A stretch of 64,000 nt of DNA from NCBI RefSeq assembly GCF_000150275.1, contig NW_002060954.1, positions 496,001 to 560,000 on the forward strand, given 5' to 3'. A model generated the notes under the pieces. That model ran no database searches. It was not told where the DNA came from and saw nothing but the letters and a program-made list of their open reading frames with translations. A program made the translations under genes and the position numbers. This document shows, piece after piece, positions 11,864 to 24,215 of the stretch; position 1 is the stretch's first letter; the number at the start of each line of letters is the position of its first letter. This DNA comes from Trichoplax adhaerens. Lineage: Eukaryota; Animalia; Placozoa.

Positions 11864-13656
11864 CTACTTTCGGAACTCGATTTTTTCCACTTTTACGTCA
11901 TCGCCTCGAAGCTGATAAACGTACGTAACAACAGTTGCGGATTGGATATCCATTAACGCGAAAGATGGTGCAGCATCGCTATAAAATTTATAAAAGAAAT
12001 TATAAATGAGAATTTTCTTACGTAAACTTTTCTTATTAGATTCTAAGATCATTGCAACAATATTTCCGTAGACTTTTAAAGAGCTAGGCACCTTTCTATA
12101 GGACTATATGCTCCTGTTGCTGAGCCAGGGTTGATATAAAATTTATTTTCGTGCTCGAATGCCTCAAACTGAGTTATAAGAGAAAAAATTAGAAGGTAGT
12201 AGCTATCACATTGCTCATTTTGAGTTTTTACCTTGTGCGTATGACCCGTAATTAAAATGTCTACGTCAAGCTGCCTTTGAACCTGTTTGAATGGAAAACA
12301 TCTTAAAGAAGTACAAAATGAATAGAATAGTAGTTCTCCTTATAGGTTACTCACTAAAGCCAAACTCTCAATGTCACCCCAGGGTACGATTTGATGTCCA
12401 TGGCATAAGCCAATACGAAACTGCCCTACAGTGATTACTTTTTGATCGGGATAAGAAGCATTCTAAATAACAAACTTTAGATCAGATACTGGTGGTGATC
12501 ATAGTGCGATATTACAGTACTGATAATAAAATATAAACGTTAGTTTTAAGGTGCAAAAACCTCATCAAAGTCTCCCTTAACCACATGGACGTCGCTTGCC
12601 AGGTTTTTCAAGTAGTCATAGGTTTCCTTGTTGCATAGGTTCCCAGTACATAGGATATGCTTAATTTTCCCAGGTACCTACACCCAGATAATTAAGGAAT
12701 GCAAAGTTACAGTCATACACTGCAGGTTTAATCGAGAACCTTCCGAAGATTATATTTTCAAGCGGGAATGAAACCGTAATACGCTAAACAGAATTGTTGT
12801 TAGCTAGAATTTAGGATCAGTAACTAGATATATCGTGCCAACGTGAGTCACGGTGAGGATACATACATCCTCCGTGATCCATTATAGTGCACTATCAGCT
12901 TACAAATGCTTACAAATTGACTGTTGGTACCACGTAATTTGAGATAACTAAAACTGGAGGTGAAATATCAACATACGTAATTACATTCATTGATATACGT
13001 CGTACTTACCAATAGTTTCTTAAATTTGTTGGGAAGCTTGTTGCGTCGATGTGGAATATGAAGATCTCCTATTACTAAAACTAACTAAAAAATCAAGATA
13101 GATGTAATGATTAGGATTGGCTGCAGAAATTTTTTATAAATATTCTGATCATAAGCAATACTTAAACTATCAAAATAATACGAGAGTAAATATGTATAAC
13201 AACCTCATAATCAGCTCTGCTGTACTGTGTGTGTGTACTGTAAGTTATAATGTGCAGCATACTGTAATCTATCTCTTTAACCGTACAGTAAATACAGTAA
13301 TTACGGTACCACTTGATTATAATTCATTATGGTATTAGTGTACGGCGGCATTTCAACACAGATGCAGATGCAAGTAATAAGATACTGTATATTAGAATTA
13401 TTCAATGATTACGGAGTAAATTCGTAACTCTGACTTGTTTCGCTCGTGATTTTATATATAGCAGAGCGTTCTGTAGAAGTTGCTACTGTACCCATAAAAA
13501 AACTACCTGAACCATCGATAAATAAAAAAGTGCTGCAGAGAAATATTATCTGGTAATGCAGTGTGAAAAATCTATGCATGAAGTCATATCGAAAGTTTGC
13601 GCTTTTACTGCATTACTTTATCGTACATGTAGTAGATGATTGCTAGAACTTACCAT
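11864..13656 (-). CDS. VPS29: Vacuolar protein sorting 29 (retromer/retriever subunit)
   Basis: Seven coding exons: ATG only (13656-13654), [25 protein letters not shown] (13084-13010), [80 protein letters not shown], ..[18 protein letters not shown]. Confidence 0.98.
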
Positions 13657-13729
13657 GGCTGCAATGTTAACAACTCTTTGGTAAAGATAATCCGAATAAG
13701 TTAAATATTTGGCCAATGGATACCACTAG

Positions 13730-15105
13730 TGCAGTACTGTACTATACAGCCAGACCGATAATGAAGCTAAAAACCAGAACTCCTAGGACTTGACTGAAAG
13801 CGATTTACAGTACTGTACAGTGTATAGTACGTTAGAGTCAACTTCAATCAAGGATATTAAAACATTAAAACGTGTTCAAAACACGGAATCAGAATCTTAC
13901 AGTATTAAGTCTTCCATCAGCACAATAATTAACTATTTCATTCTTAATTGTACTGTACTGTACCGTACAGTAGCTGCAGTTGTGGTGTACACTCTACACT
14001 GTATATCGATAACCGCATATTGGATTCATATTTTTGTTCTGATGTTCTTGTATATTTACTGCATGTCTGCATCGCGTAAACGCTAACATGTGCATATCCT
14101 ACAGTACTAAACGCTACTGTACTGTATGCTGTACAGTACAGTACAGTACACTGAGTACAGTACAGTACCTGTACAGTATGTCATACAGTACAGTACGGTA
14201 ACGCCTAGAACGTGTAATTTGTACTGTAGTTTGCCATACAGTACTGTACAGTACTGTACTGTACACTGTACTGTACAGTATTTAAAGATTTTATACACGA
14301 TCGTACTACAGTATACTGTACTGTACTGTACAGTACAGTAGATGTTCACTGTACATTGTACTGTAACTTGTACAATATACTGTACAGTACCGCAGCATTG
14401 TTGATAATATACAGTACATACTGTACTGTGCTGTACTGTACAGTATAATGTTTAATGTTGTGGTAAATTGTTTAATAGAAAGAAGTCCCAAATTTGTGAG
14501 CTTTATTATCCTGTTTACATGATGCATGAAGATATCTTAAAAGCGAGGATGAGAGCATACTGTACAGTACCGAAAATAGTAATAAGAGAGTGATTGCCTG
14601 TGATAAGTTTTACATACAGTATTTTAAGTATAGTACTGTACTGTACTGTACTGTATGAGCATAGATTCTACTGTACCATACCGTACAGTGTACAGTACTG
14701 TACAATACAGAAAAGTTTTACCGATTTTGCCCATAGTACTGTACAGTACAGTGTACAGTACAGTAAGTACAGTACAGTATAGTACAGTATTTTGCCATAA
14801 AACATTAATCGTATTTTACAGTACCGTACTGTACAGTACTGTACACTGTACATTCACTGTACTGTAGTACTGTACAGTACAGTACTGTACAGTACTACTG
14901 TACTGTGGTGTGTAGTTTGCGGTAGAAACCAGGACTGAGAACCTGAAATTTGTACAGTACTGTACTGTACAAATCAGTACTGCAGTTGGCATACAGTACA
15001 GTATAGTACAAAGATTTTACACACGACCGTACCGCACTGTACTGTACGTAAAGTACTGTAGTGTACAACTGTATAGTACTGTACAATAGTAATAATACTG
15101 TACAA
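13730..15105. repeat. Largest (GTACW)n cluster, between divergent VPS29 and MTMR3/4
   Basis: About 1 kb dense core (14101-15105) of ACAGT/ACTGT units, followed by (TAAA)n at about 15108-15132. Confidence 0.95.
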
Positions 15106-16047
15106 TTAATAAATAAATAAAAATAAATAAATAGCTGAGAGAGGAAGCTAAAATCTTAATCTTCCATCAACATGGGAATACGGGTATTTCACTTGCTGGC
15201 ATCTTCTTACTCGTAAAATACATGCAGTAAAGGTACAATAAACGTAAAATATTACGTTCTCTTGTAACATAATTGATTTCTGCTAGAATAGAAAGACGTT
15301 CTGGTTCCAAACTATATTTTGAGAGAATAGATACTGTACTAGATCTGATGGGTTAATAATATAATTATAATGTACAGTACAGTACTATTTCATTTCGTTT
15401 GTGCGATAGAGTAAAAACCGAAATAAACAATCTAAAATGTTCCAAATAAGCAGCAAGCTGGATAAGTAGCATTTATTTATGCAAGATATTACTTACTGGT
15501 ATGTTAAATTAATGTTTATGTAATTACTTTGCCATACTGCCGTAAACTGTATCTTCAAAAACATAGCAACTGATTCATTTGTCCGGTACGCAATAGTAGT
15601 ACTGTACCGCTGTACAGTATGTGGTACAGGTTTAGCTATGTTTTGGTTAGTTACTTTTTGTTTAAAATATTCAAGGATATCTATGTCCATCGGTCATTTT
15701 AGATCGACCTACTCCTGTAATGTGCATGTGGTTATACTGTACATTTTCGCCGATCAGTATGAACTCATTCTTACTGATGCTGTTACTGTAGTACGCGCGT
15801 TATCATTCATTTTTATTTACAAACTCACAGTTTCGTATCCAGTTCGGTACAGTTGGATGATAAAGAAAGAAATTAATTTATTGCATTTCGTGAAATTAGG
15901 CTGCATTGTACACTATACGTATATGTATGATACAATTTTCTCTTTGTAAGAGCTTGAGGTTGATGTATTCGCGAAACTTAGGAGTTTAAGCTTAAAAAAT
16001 TATTTCTCTGATGGAATTACCTAGGTGCTTAAAATGGCTACGTAATT

Positions 16048-16225
16048 GTACTGTACAGTACTGTACACTACAGTAAATGTTCCTTAACACTTTCTTACTC
16101 TACTATACTGTATAGTGTACTGTATAGTGTATACCGTACTGTACGTATGTCTGTAACTATTTTTTTCCCATTTCTTATTTGTGGTCCGAATACTAAACAG
16201 TATACAGTACTGTACAGTACAGTAT
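16048..16225. repeat. (GTACW)n cluster upstream of the MTMR3/4 coding start
   Basis: gtactgtacagtactgtacac; tacagtactgtacagtacagta. Confidence 0.8.
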
Positions 16226-16266
16226 ACTAACAGAACTTGTTTACATTTTACTGTATTGCACTTTGC

Positions 16267-16306
16267 CATGAACCACTAGAAAAAGTCATTTTTCTAGCGG
16301 TCCATG
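16267..16306. mobile_element. 40-bp palindromic micro-element of the CATG-ended family
   Basis: CATGAACCACTAGAAAAA-gtca-TTTTTCTAGCGGTCCATG; flanking duplication not convincing. Confidence 0.5.
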
Positions 16307-16843
16307 GCATTCGAACAAATATTGGGGTTGACTGCGAAACTTGATTCCCTTCGCAATGGGAGATTTGCTTGGAAGATGACAGATCATTCATTACTGTACA
16401 GCATTATTACAGTTGCTATAATTATTAAGTCATTTCTTTAATGCATAGTTAGTTTATAGCGGCCCTGCTAGATGCGAGGTATTAGGTACAAGATCAGTTC
16501 TGGTTCATGATATAGCTCTGTCGATTTGAGTGCTTAATTAATACAAAAAATCTCGCCGATACGAAATCTATTCTATGCTATTTACATGTTATCTCATAGA
16601 ACTACATAGAACAACGTGTTTTTGAAAAAGTGCTCGATCTACCGACTAGGGTTCGAGTGATTGCAATCATTTCCATTGATGCTATAATATTTAATAAGTA
16701 CACGTCTACTATTAGTCAGTTTCAACACACTCGTACCTTTTACATTTTAATCTCCAGTGACAAGTACGTGTACTATACTCGTATATTGTTCGTATGATTT
16801 ATTAATTTATGCTTTATTTCAGCTATACATCTGTATATCTGCC

Positions 16844-19800
16844 ATGAACGGAAAAGTGAAAAGGGACGAAGGTATAAATAGATTTAGATCTGCAACTAAA
16901 ATTTATAAACGAGTTATGTATTAGATACTTAACCCTAACAGATAGAACACTTCAAATTGTGAATATGATAGGAATCTTAAGATGATGTAGTATTCCGCGT
17001 CTGAAGCTTGATGTATAGAGTTGCTACGTTGTTTATGGCTATTTATACTATATACAGTAGTATTTATAGATATTATAACGTTATTTCTGATATGGAATGT
17101 CTTTAATCGCAGAATATCAAACGCTAAAAGCTCCATTCCGAGAATTAAATGGGGAATCTCTTCTTCATATGGGACGCATTAGTAAATCAACCTTTATGGC
17201 ATTATCCGATTATCGTCTAATCATTTGTACCAATGGCAATGTTTATTGTGTAAGTGCTAATGTACATCTGTACCTAATTTTTATTTTGGAGCTGTGTTAC
17301 GTTAGTGTAGCTTTGTGTACAGACAGTTTACACCTGTGCATAGTCCAGTCCTAGACTGTGTACAGTGGCAATGCAGCTAACTCCTTCATCGAATCCTGGA
17401 CTGGCCAGTCTTTTGAGATATGTCACCCTTGAATAATAATTTCTAATGTATTAGATTCCACTAGGCTTGATCGACGCAGCAGAACTAGTACAGAAGGATA
17501 GTTTATCAATACTGTGCAAAACTGCTTCAAATCTGCGGTACACGACTTGATTTGACTATTAAGAAGCTATTATTTCAATTGCATTATTAAGAGTAGCTTT
17601 ACGAAATTGATATATGTTCATTTCCTATGGATTACATACTTCTTTAGGTGTACATTTTCTTCAGAGATTTTGCAACGAACGTGGGTTAGTAAAATTTCCA
17701 AGGTGCTTCGGGATAGATCTCACGTAGAAGGACTGTTTGCTTTTTGTCACATGGCTTGGAGTAAATGTCACCTGCAACATAAGGATAATGATAGTTTAAA
17801 TCACGGTAAGGCTGCGTGTGATCCCTACTTTATACCATTTATTGCACAGTTTCGATACGTAATTCTGTAACTGTTATAATATTGGCTGATTTGTGCCATT
17901 ATACAAAAAGGTATCCTAAGTATAGCTCTAATTATATAATTGTCAATGTAGACCACTACACTGACGTCTTCCAGGCTGAATATCATCGCTTGAAATTTTC
18001 GAATGAACATTGGCGTATTTCCGATTTAAATACGAATTTTGAGTAATAGCGTTGAGCACATTAAATTCTTTTTTCGTAATTATTTAACAAATTATCTAAG
18101 ATATGACCATCGAAGGATGTTAGTGACTTTTCCGTTGATGTGCACTGCTAGATATTCCTCTACTTATCCCAAGTTGCACATCGTGCCTGCATCGGTTACA
18201 GATCAAATGTTGGAAAGTGTATTTCGATTCCGGTCATTAGGTCGCATACCGTCTGTAGTCTGGAGGTTCGTATAGTTTTTCTCAATATGGTAGAGACGTA
18301 TGAAATGGTGTACGAGAGTATTTATTCAGTTTCTTTTCTTAACCATAAGTTCTTAAAATTACTGTCAATTATATCGATAATAATTAGGGATCAAGCTAGT
18401 GGCGCTGTTATTGCTCGTTCAGGGCAACCTCAGGTCGCCTTTTTAGGGTACCGGTGTGCCGAAGACGAATCTTTGATAAGAGCAATTGCTGAAAGTTCTA
18501 CCGGCGACAAAGTTAATGAAGATGAGGTAAAATTTGCGATAGCTTAACATTGCACTTTACGACTGAGTTGTTAACAGATTTCCTAACTGAGTAATGGTGG
18601 TAGCTTAAAGTTTTGCTTTAATTAATAATACATACGTTACACTGTAAGCATGCTTGGCTCACTCATTCATTATCTTCTCGGCTTGCATAATTACGATAGC
18701 TCACTAATGGTATGGTGGCTTCTGCCTGCGCCGGAAGTTTGGAAGATAAATCGTTCTACAATAATTTTTCTCCATTCAATATGTCTGCATCTTTAAACCC
18801 ATTAGTAAGTAGTGGTTCTTACAGCGTTGAAGCTAGCTCCAGCCAGCGGAGAAATTCCTTTCAAATTATTGACGCGCGATCTTATGCAGCTGCTCTAGCA
18901 AATCGTGCAATGGGTGGTGGGTTAGAGTATCCAGGTAAAACTATTTTGCTATCATTATGTGATCACAGATCTCTCATATTTATACAGTAAGTTTTATGCT
19001 GTTCGTAGACTACTACATAAAATGCAATATAGAATATATGAATCTACCGAATATCCACGCCCTTAGGAAAAGCTTTCAGACTCTTAGAGCGTTATGTAAT
19101 CAATCTTCTGACCAATCAAGGTGTATAATTATATTTAGTTACATTCTAGTAATGAACATCAAATTCGTATTTCAGTTATCTTTAATGAATATGGAATTAC
19201 TTGCTTACGTAACTATTTTTTTAGTTGGCTGGCAAATTTGGAATCAACGAAATGGTTCCATTACTTGGGTGGTCTTATACGTACTGCATTATTGGTGTGC
19301 CAGTCTATAAAGTCTTCTCGTTCAGTACTTGTACACTGTAGCGATGGTTGGGATAGGACATCGCAAATTGTATCACTAGCAGAAATTATGTTAGATCCTT
19401 ATTATCGAACTATAGAAGTATGCAAGATAGTTATAGTAGTACTTTGTCCGAGCTCGAAATTGGTAACGTATACCAAAAATTTTATACAATCTGTAGGGTT
19501 TTATTATTATTATCGAAAGGGAATGGCTTGCATTTGGCCACAAATTTGCCGATAGATGTGGACATTCCTTTCCACTTTCAGAATCTAACGAACAGAGTCC
19601 TGTATTTCTTCAATGGCTAGATTGTGTGCATCAACTGATGAAGCAATTTCCATGTTCATTCGAATTCAACGAAGCTTTACTGGTTGGCATATAGCTAATT
19701 GATATATGAATTACCGCTAATGACTTTATAATCGGGTTTTTACATCTGATCATTATTTTCAGATAAAGCTCGCATACCATTCGTATTCCTGCCTTTTTGG

Positions 19801-21179
19801 TACTTTCCTATTCAACAATGTTCACGAACGTATCCAGCATAAGGTAGCTCAAAGAACGAAGTGTTTTTGGCGATTTGTTAGAACACAACGAGAAAAATTT
19901 TGTAATTTCCTATACGATCTATATGATAAGCAAGTAGGTTGATATTTCAATCAATGGATCCATTAGCTGAATAAGGTGTATAATAATTCCATTGAACAAG
20001 CCCTTTCGTGCTCTTGGAATTTAGGTTCTAAACCCTTCTTATGAGTTTCGAGATTTGTCGTTCTGGACTAGGATGTACTTTCCAACATCGTCCAATACAA
20101 ACGGTTCTCAGACGATGTTATCGAGAAATCATGCTTCCTCTAATTCTGATGGCTACCCGAGTACTTTACAATCGAATGGTAGAGATTTTACCGAAGATGA
20201 TAGGAAATTGCACAGTCTGGATAACAATAACACTTATCAGCTTGGAAATAAAAAGATTGAAATCAATAGGCCCAACGATAATGCATATCTCTTGAGTTTT
20301 AGTGATCAGAATGTTGTAGTAAATGAATTAAACGATTCGGTAGCTAAAATAGATTTTATTGATCATGAATCAGAAAATGAGAATCAACCTGTTGATGAAA
20401 ATTCTGATAAAGACCAACATCCGATATTAAAACTGAAAGCAGAGTGTCGGGAGTCAAATCTCTCCGATCCACCGCTTTCTCCTGGATCGATAAAAGAATA
20501 CTCTAAAAGGCTAGAAAATGTCCTCGATGTTGATGGTCTCGTAAAATTTGCTGATCCGGTGCAGGATAGACTACGAGATATCAGGTTATCATATCACTCA
20601 GAGATAGACCATTTGAGAGTGCAACTCGAAAACGCAATTCCGGGGTTGGATTCTAGTAGAGAAGTAGTATCGCGCGAGCAACTTGTAACGGTAGCAAACA
20701 TCATCTAATCAAATTCTTTAGCTATTGGATTGTTACTAAAGTAAATATACAAACTTTACATTCTATTTTTCTTAGAATTTGGCTACTCCCAGCAATGGAT
20801 ATGATTACAAGGGTTTCTCAGTATCGGTCAGCGATGAGTTGCAAACCTGGGAGGAAGTCACTGAAGAGGATACTAAGAGAACTCTGTGGCTACCAGATTA
20901 CGCAGTCTCAAATTGTCATGACTGTGGAGTACAATTTTGGTTTATAATCCGTAAGCATCATTGCAGGTATGTACTTATAAGCTAAATTATGGAGGAGACA
21001 GTTTTCCGTAGCAGGTGAATGCAAAAATTTAAAAACTTTATACGTTCTTAATTTGAAGGTGTTGCGGAAACATTTTTTGTGGTATATGCGCCAATCAGTT
21101 TATCCCTGTTCCGGAAGAGCAGCTATTTGACCCGGTTAGGGTTTGTAATAAATGTTATGCGAAGCTAAACGAAAGCTAA
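16844..21179 (+). CDS. MTMR3: Myotubularin-related PI3P phosphatase with C-terminal FYVE domain (MTMR3/MTMR4 orthologue)
   Basis: About 15 exons. Contains STYP, RFRSLGRIP, IARSGQP, IIDARSYAAALANRAMGGGLEYP, catalytic VHCSDGWDRT, EREWLAFGHKFADRCGH, SPVFLQWLDCVHQLMKQFPCSFEFNE, and FYVE WLPD..CHDC..RKHHCRCCGNIFCGIC..RVCNKC. The start exon is tentative. Confidence 0.95.
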
Positions 21180-21717
21180 GCATTAGTGTTCCAGGCTTCA
21201 AATCAAGCGATATATTTTAGTTGTTGTACTTCAAAGAAATTAATTTATAAAGTAATGTAAAACAAAATTGGTTCTATTTAAATTGAGTTTTATTACCCAT
21301 TTACTGTTGCAGCTTTCTTTGAAACATGATCATACATTTCTTGATTTTAAAAATATATTGTAACATCATAATAAGATTATGCTTTTTTGAGGACTACAAT
21401 GATGAAAATTAGCTCGTCTTTTATATAGATTTTAACAATTATTATATTCTAAATATGCTACAACAGAAACTTCGAGTTTTCATCGAAAGTAGATTTTATG
21501 ATATTGACGTTTCATTTTGGATGAATTACTAGAGTGGTTACGTCTTGACGAATGCAGATTTATTCCGCTCGTGGATAACATTAAGTGAATTGAGTTATTT
21601 AATAAATACGGCACAAACGTTCGTAAAATATTGCCATGTTTCACTTCCAACTTGACTTAGTAATCAAATAAAATACAAGTCATGCACGTCTAATGTACAT
21701 AATGAAAAGATATCAAA

Positions 21718-23486
21718 TTAATCTTGTTTCGTGTGATCACGCTCCGCCGTTTTGCATTTTGCCCTAGTCTTTGCGCTTAGTTCATTAAGATCAAATGAGT
21801 ACGTCAGATTTTCCTAAACATTTATGAACGAGTATCATTAATTCTTCAGTATTAGAGCTTACAGCTTAACGATGTAATCTATCGACGCTAGCTTTAGATC
21901 TTATAAAAATACGGCTAACCTTAGTAAAGAAGAAGCGCATTAACACTTTACCAGTAACTGATATTGCAGGACGTCTCGTAATTTCTTTACCGCCTTCAAA
22001 TAAAATAACTGTTGGAATTTGTTTCGACATTACGCCGGTATTTATTTTGTATCTAAAAGAAGCAATACACTTAATGATAGTAGCAATAACAGTAAACTCA
22101 TTAGTAACATTATAAAGTATATTTCTAACTCTTTCGCAATTTCTGGAAATCGGCTGATGTCAACTTTTCCAAATTTCAGTTTATCGTTCGCAAATCTACA
22201 TATGATACGCACAGTATAATGGATTATTTTTTCTTGAAAAATTGTAATATGAAATTACGAAGTACGTCAGTCAATACTTTATAAGGATGATGAATTTTTA
22301 AGTAATAAAGGTTGAGCGGCTGAATAAAATTATTAATCAAATCAACATAACGACACTTACTCTAACGAAAGTTGAGCAAATACTGGTGCTAGCCTTACGC
22401 ATGTGTTGGACCAAGGTGTATAAAATGCGATTAACCATGTTATACTTTTATCTCTGGTAATCTCATCCTGCACCGTAAATGAGAGTGTTACTGTACTATT
22501 ATCTTGGAAGTCTCAAGCACGTATTTAAAATTAACAGTGATTCATCAGCTATGTTACTAAATGAACCACAGTATGCTTACTCCAACAAGTTTAACAATTA
22601 TTACTTGGTATTCAATCATTGGTCTTACTTGTATATTGGAATCACTAAAGTATTCGACTTTATCAGGACCAGCGTAAACTGGCTCAGGAAACAGGAGGTA
22701 TACAACTGTTTGTAAAAAATATTAAATATGGTAATTTCTGTATCGTACTATAAGGATGTAGAAGACACATTCTTATTTATTAAATTTTATATAATATTGG
22801 CGCATAAAAACAGAAACGCTAAATTAATCACCTCATCTAAAGTGTAATGTCTAGCATAATAAATGTGATAGCTACGCAAGGAATAGCTTACCAATACACA
22901 TGATAATGTATAGAGATCCTAATTTAATATCTCTCCTGCAGAGTAGTATGCTGCTGCCAAGCTTAACATATAAAAAGTAGGGAGACGTGTATTCCAGCCA
23001 GGATCCTAAAATAGATAGAAAATAAAATATTAGTAAATATTGAGAGTATCAGTCTGGTATTCATATTTAAATTAAATAAATAATAATATTGTACTGTACT
23101 CGTATAACGTATATACGAGTATAATAGTAAGTTAGGGTTATAGCGATTTTGAGCTAAATTTGCATTGGTGTAACCTGGTCGAGCCTTCCTATTTTTAATA
23201 AAACCGACTATAACAGCAAAAACCATGACTTCTAGTTCATCCTACGATATTAATACATCATTTAATTTTATCATAATGGATAAGACGAGCAGAAAAATGA
23301 AGATTGATATTTGTATAATCATGATCCATAATGGTAGTTACAGTTTAGCATTACCCAGGTCATTTCACATTCCGATCCTGCAAAAAAATATGTGCATAAG
23401 GGTGGGAAGGAAGCCGTAATCGGAAAAAGTGAAACAAGAACTATATTGGCGACAGAATAAGCATTTAGTATTTGTGATCCGGACAT
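21718..23486 (-). CDS. TMX2: Thioredoxin-related transmembrane protein 2
   Basis: Eight exons: MSGSQILNAYSVAN..PPLC..SECEMTW / DELEVMVFAVIVGFIKNRK / ..RRDIKLG / PEPVYAGPDKVEYF / EITRDKSITWLIAFYTPWSNTCVRLAPVFAQLS (SxxC as in TMX2) / LKFGKVDISRF / SKQIPTVILFEGGKEITRRP / ENLTYSFDLNEL..KQD*. Confidence 0.93.
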
Positions 23487-23613
23487 AATCAGGCTTACTG
23501 ATCATCTAAGAATTACGATAACCATATAAATCATGTAATACGAGTAAATACGGTAAGTATCCAGATTTCTACGTTCCGTACCCTGATTTGCAGAGGTTTT
23601 TATCTCCTGTAAA

Positions 23614-24008
23614 TACAGTACTCACTGAGTTTCATGGTCTGAGTACAGTACAGTACTGTACTGTACTGTATCATTTTTTAGACTTTCCGGACTACGGTAC
23701 TAAACCATCGAGGGACTTCTACAGTACTGTACTGTACAGTACAGTACTGTAACATTAGAAGCCCCTCGATGGTTTTACTGTACAGTACAGTACTGTACAC
23801 TACAGTGTACATACTGTACAGTACAGTACAGTACAGTACTGTACAGTAGTAATCAGGAAAGTCTTACTGTACTGTACAGTATACTGTACTGTAACACTGC
23901 ACAGTACTGCACAGTACTGTACTGTACTGTACAGTACAACGAGGGATTACTGTTCTGTACTGTACTGTACACTGTACTGGATGGCATTGTACTGTACTGT
24001 ACAGTACA
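23614..24008. repeat. (GTACW)n cluster filling the TMX2/DERL2 bidirectional promoter
   Basis: More than half of the 730 bp between the two ATGs consists of ACAGT/ACTGT units. Confidence 0.95.
23702..23775. mobile_element. Fold-back with 20-bp inverted arms enclosing pentamer repeat
   Basis: AAACCATCGAGGGACTTCTA ... TAGAAGCCCCTCGATGGTTT (19/20 match); flanks tacggtac / tactgtac. Confidence 0.55.
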
Positions 24009-24215
24009 CGTTACGTTTTAGGTACGTTTTACACGTTACGTTTTAGGTAGGTTCATTCTTGTATCACTGCAATCTCTTTCCCAGTTTCTCTGGTTAACGC
24101 GACCGGTGTAAAATTAAAGTTAATTAAAATATTCGATACGCAGACAGTGCTACTATTTAAGAAAAGTATTTAAAATTCATCTGTACCAATCTGATAAATT
24201 AACCTCATTTATATT

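Noticed and set aside
14107-15086. Many short ORFs rich in YCTV/YSTVQ (also at 1668, 3362, 38502, 45962-46759, 47391, 58985-59291)
   Set aside because: Translations of the stop-free (GTACW)n repeat; they occur in overlapping frames on both strands with no protein-like features.
23614-24008. Repeat clusters as a CRISPR array or telomeric repeat
   Set aside because: Eukaryotic context; no constant 25-45 bp repeat with unique spacers; no cas genes; mixed orientation and not G-rich.
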